A program made the translations under genes and the position numbers. Shown piece after piece: positions 1-7,600 of a DNA stretch of 24,667 nucleotides. This DNA is from a virus. Its lineage: Duplodnaviria; Caudoviricetes. Position 1 is the stretch's first letter; each line of letters begins with the position of its first letter. The notes under the pieces are model-generated. The model saw only the letters and a list, made by a program, of their open reading frames with translations, searched no databases and was not told the DNA's origin. The DNA is taken from IMG/VR virus record IMGVR_UViG_3300033518_000364, positions 1-24,667 of that record. One strand, given 5' to 3'.

Positions 1-158
1 GGACCAGTATTGTGTTGTGAACTGTTCACGATGCGTTACTTCTATAGTGACATTGAAACCCTTCGCAAGGCGTTGATGTCATTCATGGCCTTGCGAAGGG
101 TTTCAATGTCACTATAGAAGTAACGCATCGTGAACAGTTCACAACACAATACTGGTCC
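1..158. repeat. Perfect 71-bp inverted repeat (1-71 / 88-158, 16-nt loop) at the window edge; probable fold-back chimera artefact
   Basis: Bases 1-71 are the exact reverse complement of 88-158; it starts at base 1 and lies inside a coding region. Confidence 0.9.
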
Positions 159-617
159 GGTACCTAGTACTACTGATGGCGGCTTTTCGTTAATGCGATC
201 CTGCACGATAGCGTCACGTACACCCTTTTCTTTCTTTTCGCCGAGAGTCTCTACGACTTTGTCTTTGTATTCCACAAAGGCTCGTTCAGTCAAAGAATAT
301 GCGGCAGTGATTGCGGCAGTCTTTCTAGCGCCAATCTTGTTGGCGGCAATAATACAAGCAATTGTGACTGCTCCGGAGGTAAAGGTAGGAATATAGAGTT
401 TCCAAACCATCTTTGCTTTCTCTTTATTAGACCGTTCTACGGGCGCTACCCAGAACTTTTGGTCGTCAGCGTTTAACACTACAGCAGCGTCGTAGGACGC
501 CTTAGACGCCAAACAAGCGGTAGTGACGGTCCCTGTGACGCCAATTGCGGTTAGTACTGCTGGTGAATTGTCTTTTAGTAAAAACTCTGCTTTTCTTAGC
601 AGCTTGACTAAACTCAA
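42..617 (-). CDS. DUF6353-like phage protein, C-terminus truncated or corrupted by the fold-back
   Basis: TTG at 617 preceded by GAGGAG; NSPAVLTAIGVTG, WKLYIPT, AAYS..E.AF.EY and YFYSDIETLRKA.NDIN motifs recalled from this phage family; residues after ...NDINA come from the inverted copy. Confidence 0.7.
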   Translation of the reverse strand: MSLVKLLRKAEFLLKDNSPAVLTAIGVTGTVTTACLASKASYDAAVVLNADDQKFWVAPVERSNKEKAKMVWKLYIPTFTSGAVTIACIIAANKIGARKTAAITAAYSLTERAFVEYKDKVVETLGEKKEKGVRDAIVQDRINEKPPSVVLGTGPVLCCELFTMRYFYSDIETLRKAMNDINALRRVSMSL

Positions 618-644
618 TGGTTGCTCCTCGTTTCTCGGATGAAA

Positions 645-760
645 ATAAAAAGAAGATGAAATTACTGTTTTCAAAATAGCTAGTTGGTCCCCTTGCGGGT
701 TATTATATGGGTTGCCAAATTTCGTTTAAAACCTTTTTCCATAAGGCTTCTTCTCTTCAT
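645..760 (-). ncRNA. Candidate structured small RNA B (116 nt)
   Basis: 5' AUGAAGAGAAGA pairs with 3' UCUUCUUUUUAU (12 bp, 2 G-U); internal bulged hairpin and CCC-GCAA-GGG GNRA hairpin; starts within the promoter-like motif; folded by eye only. Confidence 0.4.
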
Positions 761-783
761 TATAGAGGTTGTTATTTTTGCGT
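753..783 (-). promoter_or_regulatory. Conserved promoter-like motif copy 3 (ACGCAAAAATAACAACCTCTATAATGAAGAG)
   Basis: Matches CGCAA-N4-AACA-N3-TCTATAAT with the same spacing as the copies at 913-943 and 1390-1420. Confidence 0.75.
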
Positions 784-805
784 GGTTTTGATGAAGAAAA
801 ATATA

Positions 806-920
806 ATGAGAAGTCTAGGGTTCGTGGCCCAATGTAAAACCACGATTAGCAACTTTATGTTGCACCGGATAGGTATCCGCTTGTTTGGGGATACACCTTC
901 GTGTCTTATCCTCTTCTCAT
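806..920 (-). ncRNA. Candidate structured small RNA A (115 nt)
   Basis: Perfect 12-bp terminal inverted repeat (802-813 / 913-924), several internal hairpins, no minus-strand ORF from the ATG (ATG AGA AGA GGA TAA), followed by a U tract. Confidence 0.55.
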
Positions 921-943
921 TATAGAAGCTGTTTTTCTTGCGA
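913..943 (-). promoter_or_regulatory. Conserved promoter-like motif copy 2 (TCGCAAGAAAAACAGCTTCTATAATGAGAAG)
   Basis: Same consensus and spacing; intergenic, just downstream of a strong terminator. Confidence 0.75.
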
Positions 944-1002
944 GCTTTTTTGGAAATTCTCCCCCCGGCAATTTTTGGAAATGAAAAAAAATAAGTGCTT
1001 GT

Positions 1003-1060
1003 AAAAAAAGCGAAAAGGTAGAAGCCGTGTAAGTTTTGTGATTCTTACACGGCTTCTACC
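1003..1060 (-). terminator. Intrinsic terminator after the 96-aa gene
   Basis: Perfect 17-bp stem (1017-1033 / 1044-1060), 10-nt loop, then TTTTCGCTTTTTTT on the minus strand. Confidence 0.9.
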
Positions 1061-1081
1061 GTTCGTTGGCTAGAGTTGGTT

Positions 1082-1372
1082 CTAGCTTGGTTTCGATTTC
1101 TTGACGGCGTCAAGTGCTTTGGTGGTCCATGCGTTTCCGCGTTCGTATCCGGCGACGAGACCGATACCTAGGATTTGTACCATACCTCCCCACAGCGCAT
1201 CGGGACTGATTCCTCTTGCCCGTTTCGGGGGTTTGAGTGCTTCGAGTCGCTCGAGCGATGTGAGGAGTTTGGTGTACTCTTCGGATTCGGGATCTTCGTT
1301 CTGCATACAAACGAGTAGACGATCGATTGCTTCTTGCAGCTTGATGTCTTCTGGTCTTTTCTTTCCAAACAT
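1082..1372 (-). CDS. Hypothetical 96-aa phage protein with a C-terminal hydrophobic segment
   Basis: GAAGGA RBS before ATG, own promoter-like motif upstream and terminator downstream. Confidence 0.85.
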   Translation of the reverse strand: MFGKKRPEDIKLQEAIDRLLVCMQNEDPESEEYTKLLTSLERLEALKPPKRARGISPDALWGGMVQILGIGLVAGYERGNAWTTKALDAVKKSKPS

Positions 1373-1389
1373 AGGTTTCCTTCTGTAGG

Positions 1390-1420
1390 CTTCCTATTAT
1401 AGAACGTGTTTAAATTGCGA
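1390..1420 (-). promoter_or_regulatory. Conserved promoter-like motif copy 1 (TCGCAATTTAAACACGTTCTATAATAGGAAG)
   Basis: Between the holin stop and the RBS of the 96-aa gene; same consensus and spacing. Confidence 0.75.
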
Positions 1421-1424
1421 TGCT

Positions 1425-1793
1425 CTACTCGTCGGAATCCCTGTGAACAACCTTGAATCGAATGGATTCCTGTTCCGGAATATCGTTAGGATCACCATCA
1501 AGCTCGAGCGTAAAGACGTATCCACCATCACCGTTGTCGTTAACAACTACTTCCCCATCAAACCTATCTGATTCTGGGACGAACGTCTTTGCGCTGATAT
1601 GGAGAATCACTCCAAGGAACACGGCGACGGCAGCGGAAGTCGCAACCACTTTATCTGCGGCAGGCAGATCCCAGGTTTCAGCCAGGGACAAATATAACGC
1701 ACCAAACGCGGGAAGAACCAGCTGTACAATCTTTTTTAGAAGATCGTAAGTTCTATTACTTAAAAGCGCCGTTGAATTTACTTCGTTTGTCAT
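1425..1793 (-). CDS. Holin, Dp-1-like, with an acidic C-terminal extension
   Basis: LSNRTYDLLK.IVQLVLPAFGALY..LA.TW.LP motif, two hydrophobic helices; AGGAG RBS before ATG at 1793. Confidence 0.85.
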   Translation of the reverse strand: MTNEVNSTALLSNRTYDLLKKIVQLVLPAFGALYLSLAETWDLPAADKVVATSAAVAVFLGVILHISAKTFVPESDRFDGEVVVNDNGDGGYVFTLELDGDPNDIPEQESIRFKVVHRDSDE

Positions 1794-1800
1794 ATTTCTC

Positions 1801-2292
1801 CTATGGCTCAACTGGTTTGTTTACTGGAATTTGAGGACACTCTGACGGTGGTTTACCGTTTAGGGTTTCATTAATGGGTTCTCGAATAAGCGTTTCTACG
1901 TTGTTTAGTATTTCTGATTCATACGTAATTGCTTCTACGTTGTTCGGAAGAAGAATAACTGGTAATTCCGCGGTTTGAGTAAAGAGATCGCTAATGCCCG
2001 TAAATAAACTCTTATATGTTTCTCTAAGTTCAATAGAAGTTAGACAATCTTCATTTGCTTTTACGGCCACGTTGTAAGCAGCGACATCACTGCGATACGT
2101 ATCCATTCTAGCTTCATGAATTTTCTCGTCGCTTATTCGACTAAATTGTAACTGTGTTACGGCGGCGAACACTCCAAATAGGGCCAAAGCCAATAGGCCC
2201 CATCGCAATGGAAAGGGACGGCTTAGTCTTCGTTTCGGAATCCACACGTGCACTATCTCTTCCATCTTCACTTGTTGTCTTATGTGTGACAT
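1801..2292 (-). CDS. Single-TM membrane protein of the lysis region (163 aa)
   Basis: AGGAGG 8 nt before ATG; basic N-terminus, one TM helix, helical domain with two Cys and a Pro-rich end. Confidence 0.75.
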   Translation of the reverse strand: MSHIRQQVKMEEIVHVWIPKRRLSRPFPLRWGLLALALFGVFAAVTQLQFSRISDEKIHEARMDTYRSDVAAYNVAVKANEDCLTSIELRETYKSLFTGISDLFTQTAELPVILLPNNVEAITYESEILNNVETLIREPINETLNGKPPSECPQIPVNKPVEP

Positions 2293-2482
2293 CTGAAATT
2301 CCTCCTACAATGGCCTGAACGGCGCTTACGATAATAGCTGTGCATGTGAACGCACCAATGACAAGCGTCCACCAAGGATTAAGCGGATTTTTTTGGAAGG
2401 CAAATATAAGCGCTAACGCAATTCCTACAAAAAAAAGGATCCAAGTCCGTAATTCTTGTCCGGCAGAACTGTTGAACTTCAT
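2141..2482 (-). CDS. Two-TM membrane protein, holin-like (113 aa)
   Basis: AAAGGA RBS; two hydrophobic helices in the first ~60 aa; overlaps the next gene by 152 bp. Confidence 0.7.
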   Translation of the reverse strand: MKFNSSAGQELRTWILFFVGIALALIFAFQKNPLNPWWTLVIGAFTCTAIIVSAVQAIVGGISDVTHKTTSEDGRDSARVDSETKTKPSLSIAMGPIGFGPIWSVRRRNTVTI

Positions 2483-2501
2483 TCCAAATCCTTTCTTTGT
2501 G

Positions 2502-3746
2502 TTAAATCAACAATAACGTGGGATAGTTTGTTTCTCCGGTTTCGTCTTCAATTTCCACGTGTTCAATAACACGGGCGAACCGATTTGTTCCGTAATTTCC
2601 GTCAACCCGAACAATGTCGCCTATGTCGTAGTCTTTTCTGTATAAATAGTTTGATCCGGTCCCAACTTCCACACTCATCAAAGAAACATCTTTTTGTTCT
2701 GATAGTTTCATCAAACCAAGTAATTCCATTTGGACTTGTATGTTTGTCAAATTCGTTCCGGTTGGCGCAACATCAAAGTTGTTGTCTAAAAACGATCCAT
2801 CAACCCACATTGTTCTTCGAGAATCTTTAGTGGCCAATTCGTCGTTTGTGACGACAACCTCGACCCATTTACCAGAAACAATGGCGTGGTTTTTTTTGGT
2901 TTTTATTGACCATAAATAATCGGCGTTTTTTATGTCCCCGGCGGAATGCGAGAATACGACTTTATGCGATCTGTTTCTTCCATTGTGGATGAAGAAAATT
3001 GTTGGTGGACCATAGTAGTCTTCTGTCCATGGTCCGGGGTATTCCCCAACCAACGGCTCGGAATATGCACCACCACGGCCCCAAGGTCCAGACCGTACAA
3101 TTTTAATTCCTCGATCTTCAATATTAAGAATTTCCATTAACGCTGCGTGTACATTAGTGCGTTTGATTGTTCTTGGGTCTTCGCTGCTTTCAAAAACAAA
3201 ACCTGGCGGTAAACTTGCTGCCCACCCACCGGCGTAAGTCGGATCTTCATGCAAAACACTTAAATCGGAGAACGTATACGACGATTTAAATCCTGGCATG
3301 CCATTATCAACAGAAACGCCGTCATAAAAACTGTCACCTATATGATGATCGATTAACATTGTTGCTTGTACGTAAGTATGGGTCGAAGTAAGCGCATAAT
3401 CGGCTAAAGGTGCAACGGGGGGCCAAGTCCTGTCAAGCTCAGCCCCCACGATGCGTTGTTCTAAAATTGTTTCTAAACTTCTCCCACTAACTTTCACAAG
3501 AGCGTTATTTGTCTCATTAACCTCGTGATTTTCAACAACCATGACTTCAAGTGTGTCGATATGTGACACATATGAACCAAGAGGAAGAAAATTTAAGATA
3601 TCCGATTTAACGGGTGCCTCGAATGTAAATTCTCCAGGATCTCTATAACGTTCAATCCAAGAACTGGACTTCAATCCTTGAATTAATTCACCACGCTCAA
3701 GATATGTTGGACCCAAATTACTTTCCGTGAACTTGAAGAAATCCAT
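2502..3746 (-). CDS. Minor tail / baseplate hub protein (ReqiPepy6 Gp37-like)
   Basis: S..WIERYRDPGEF, V.GRSLE.IL..R and Y.YRKDYDIGDIV motifs; second gene after tape measure; TAATG coupling at 3746. Confidence 0.8.
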   Translation of the reverse strand: MDFFKFTESNLGPTYLERGELIQGLKSSSWIERYRDPGEFTFEAPVKSDILNFLPLGSYVSHIDTLEVMVVENHEVNETNNALVKVSGRSLETILEQRIVGAELDRTWPPVAPLADYALTSTHTYVQATMLIDHHIGDSFYDGVSVDNGMPGFKSSYTFSDLSVLHEDPTYAGGWAASLPPGFVFESSEDPRTIKRTNVHAALMEILNIEDRGIKIVRSGPWGRGGAYSEPLVGEYPGPWTEDYYGPPTIFFIHNGRNRSHKVVFSHSAGDIKNADYLWSIKTKKNHAIVSGKWVEVVVTNDELATKDSRRTMWVDGSFLDNNFDVAPTGTNLTNIQVQMELLGLMKLSEQKDVSLMSVEVGTGSNYLYRKDYDIGDIVRVDGNYGTNRFARVIEHVEIEDETGETNYPTLLLI

Positions 3747-4627
3747 TAGACACCCCAATAGGTTTTTGTGTGAGAAAACGAAACCCAATCAAACTTTGAC
3801 CGATCGTTGATAAGAAATGTGTTTTCGGTTGGACTTGGGAATAAAATGGGCCAAACAGAACCGGGTGTAATTTTATCCATTAAATGGATAATATCGGTTC
3901 CTCTTAAAACATACAAATATTTGTTATTGTGTTCGCTTGAAAAATAAAGTATGTCGCCTGTTCTGAATCCACTCAACCCATCAATGATTTCTGGTTGAAC
4001 CGTAAACCTCCAAGTATCAACCAAATCGTCCTGCATTCTTATATAAGAAACATTGTTGGTAAATACTATTCTAAAGTTAAATCCATGCGCTAAAGTAGAA
4101 TCTGTGTCAATCACAGAAAACGCACCGACGTCGTAAACAGTATCAACAAGAGCGTCCGTTATTGTTAGATTGGTTTCTTCTAAAGCTCTAAGTCTAGAGT
4201 CTTCGCAGAATATTGTCATTAAAACGATTTGTTTATCTTCGAATAGCTCGTTCGTGCATTGTGTGACAAACCCGGAAACCGCCGCAATTGTGGTTTCTCC
4301 ATCGTTTAACCGTAATTGAACCACCGCGTCTCTGGATGAATATATGGCGCGATATAAATCGTCCCGAAGTTGCGAATAAGTCGTATTTTCTGTAAAATCT
4401 GGGTTCAACCAAATTTTAAGCGAAATTGTTCGACTAGGTAAACCAAGATCGTATTGTTTGCGCCTCACGGATCCGGTTGCAAACCCAAAAAACTTCGGGA
4501 CAATTGTTTCAGCGTCTAAACCATCAATATTCTCTATTACGTAAGGATTTTCGGTGTTGTAATCTTTAAAACTAAAGTTTGCTACTTCGACGTCGTTTGA
4601 ATATAAACCTATGTTTGTTAACTTCAT
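3746..4627 (-). CDS. Distal tail (Dit-like) minor tail protein
   Basis: Immediately follows tape measure (ATGA overlap), 293 aa, IDGLD and terminal YWGV motifs. Confidence 0.75.
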   Translation of the reverse strand: MKLTNIGLYSNDVEVANFSFKDYNTENPYVIENIDGLDAETIVPKFFGFATGSVRRKQYDLGLPSRTISLKIWLNPDFTENTTYSQLRDDLYRAIYSSRDAVVQLRLNDGETTIAAVSGFVTQCTNELFEDKQIVLMTIFCEDSRLRALEETNLTITDALVDTVYDVGAFSVIDTDSTLAHGFNFRIVFTNNVSYIRMQDDLVDTWRFTVQPEIIDGLSGFRTGDILYFSSEHNNKYLYVLRGTDIIHLMDKITPGSVWPILFPSPTENTFLINDRSKFDWVSFSHTKTYWGV

Positions 4628-7600
4628 GCGATTTTTAGCTCCTCTTTAGCTAAAGCAAACTGGCTTCTTGTGCTTCTGTAAATATCATTCGTACTCAAGG
4701 CTGTTGGCGAATTAATGGTTTGTTCAAACCGGATCTCTGTTGTGACCGGGGTTGTGGATTGCGTTTGTGTATCTGGCGTTGCTGTTGTCTCGGTTGAAAT
4801 ATTTGCTGCTTGAATAAACCCGGCATCAAGACCCGTTTCCGGAAAGAAACCAGCAATAGAACCAGCATCGCGTTCAACATTTGACAAATCTAATACGGGA
4901 GTAATAACAGGAGTAAACTCATTCATGCTTTCTATGGAATTATAAGCTTGCGTTAATGCTCCAGATACGGCGGATTCTCCTCTACCGCTTGGTTGGAATG
5001 AGTTGGTTCTTATTGGGGCGGTCGAAGGTTTTGACTCTTCTTCTGCCGCATTTTTCGCTGCAACGGCATCCTCAACCAGTCTTGTGGTATCGAGACCTCC
5101 ACCAGGGATCCACGACGTTGCTTTGTCCCACTGTTCTTTAATCCAGTCAACTTTATCCATAACCCAGTTTTTGATATTTTCCCAAACTTCCATCAAACCG
5201 TCCCAAAGACCTTGCATGATTTTTGATCCGGTGTTTTTAAGCCATCCAAGAGCTCCGGAAACAAGATCCCAGATTTTTCCAGGAAGACCGATAAAGAAGT
5301 TTGTTACATCAACCATCTTCTCACGGATTCCGTTTAAAAGACCCTTGATTAAGTCTATGCCACGATCCCTAAGTTTAGTTAAAGTTTCACCAAGCCAACC
5401 AAGAATTTCTCCAGGAAGACCAATAAACCAATTCATTACGTCTAAAGCTTTTTCGCCGATTCCAGAGAAAAGTCCACCAATAAAATCGGTGCCTTTTTGC
5501 CAAAGCGTTGACACAACATCGCCGATCCAACCAAGAATTTGTCCTGGAAGTCCAATGAACCAATCCATGATTTCAAGTGACTTCTTACCGATGCCTTCGA
5601 GTAAACCACCAATAATATCAGATCCGGTGTTCCATAGCCAAGAAAGAACATCTGCATAAAGTCCAAGAATTTGACCAGGAAGTCCAATAAACCAATCAAA
5701 CAGACCAACGGCTGCTTCACCAATTCCACTAAGTAAACCACCAATGAGATCGGATCCGGTTTGCCAAAGGAAAGATAGAACGTCTCCAATAAAACCAAGA
5801 ATAAGCCCAGGAAGAGCAATGAACCATTTGAATAGCGTTTCTGCCATCCAAACAATACCGTTGATCAATCCTTTGATGAGGTTTATACCAAGATCCAACA
5901 TAACTCTTGACGGGGAGAATATACCAAATCCGCTCTTGAACCAGTCGATAACACCCATAATAAGATCCCAAACAACATCACTTATGAGCTTGAAACTGGA
6001 TTTAATGCCTTCCCAAAGACCTTTAAGTAGTTGTATGCCAACATCGATGAATAATCCACCAGCAAGTCTTCCGACAGCGCGAGCAACAGATCTAAACACT
6101 TCAACTATTAGATCCACTAAAGCGTCAACCATTGCCGGTACTTGTTCGGTAAATGCTCTTAGGAAATTTACAATGATTTCGCCAACGAGCGAAACGACTT
6201 CTCCAACGTTGTCTCTTATCCCTTGAAGCCACGTTGTTATGATAAACCAACCGGCAGCAATAAGATCTGGTGCTGCTTCCCGAACAACTTTAACAATTAC
6301 TTGAACGAATTCTAATATGACTGTGCCTAGTTTGGGCATCAATTCGATAAGGAAGTCAAGAAGCATCAAGACTAGTTTAGATACACCTTCAAATATGGCG
6401 GTTCGCATACTTAAAACGCCGTCAATAATCCCGACAATAAGCCCAGAGACCATTCCGGGAATCATCTCTATGATTGCACCAAACGTTTCCGTCATTTTAC
6501 CGGCGCCCGACTGCATGACGTTGATTAATTTAGATAACCCAGTAAGAAGAATGCCGATACCAGCGGCGGCAATGCCGATTGCGCCACCAATCATAAGAAG
6601 AGCAAAACCAAAAGCGGTGATGTATGGAATTAATGGTTTGATGAGATGCATGCCGATGGCTAAAGCGCCTAAGGCGAGGCCAATGGCAACCAGACCTTGA
6701 ATCATGACTCCAAGAGGCATTTTACCCATTTGTTTAATTGCGTCTACAAGTTTACCGATACCCATCGCAACCAAAGTAAGAGCAAGGCCGCTGCCAATAT
6801 CTGCTTTTTCGCCTGCCGTGGCTATTCTAAGCGCAATCATTGCAGCGACAATACCACCAACACCCTTGGCAAGTTCCGAAACGCTTAGTTTCGACATCAT
6901 ATAAATGGCGGCTGCCATTCCTAACATACCAGCAGCAAGAACACCCATGGCAAACGAAATCTTTAAGATCTCGCTTTCCTTTGGAAATAAGTTAATGGCT
7001 TGGGCCATGACGCCCAACACAATAGCTATTTTAGCTAGACCATTAGCGAATGTCGCTGTGTCTAGTTTATCAAACAACCAGATTGAAGTTGACAGAAGAC
7101 TAAGACTGAGCGCAATAACGCCAAGACCCATACCCATCTTCAACATTTCGTAGCCTTCGGGCATTTCTCGCAGGGTTGCAAACAGAACAATTAACGCAGC
7201 GGCAATCGTGGCGATACCAACTCCGGTTTCTTCCCAACCCATTGTAGACATGATTTTTAAAGCAAAAGCCAACACAACGAGTGCTCCAGCAACAACAACT
7301 AAACCGGCAGCCGCCTTTACAATACCATTAGTGTCTTTGGTCAATTCACCCAAGGAAGCGGTCATACCTAAAAGCAGGCCGGTTAATCCAACCATACCAG
7401 CTGTTGTTTCTTGCCAGTTCATTCCATCAAGTAGTTTCAAAGCCAGAGCTAATACAACGACGGCACCTGAAATAAGAACAATCACCAAACCAAGAGCTGC
7501 GAGCTTCATTGCGCTATCAGCATCGTTTGCAATCTTACCCATGATGGCCATGACGCCAACAAGGGCGCCTAGACCAGCAACGATAGCAGCCATTGCAATG

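Noticed and set aside
810-895. Resemblance of RNA A to a pistol ribozyme (words CGUGG..GGGCCACG, GUUGC, GGUGCAA, AAGCG)
   Set aside because: The elements are not in pistol order or a simple circular permutation of it, and the pseudoknot register does not fit; needs cmscan and a cleavage assay before any claim
707-925. 72-aa plus-strand ORF over the intergenic region
   Set aside because: Opposite to all other genes, no clear RBS, runs across two minus-strand promoter-like motifs
2429-2436. A8 run as a frameshift or phase-variation site in the 2-TM gene
   Set aside because: Encodes Leu-Phe-Phe in a TM helix; no supporting evidence for slippage
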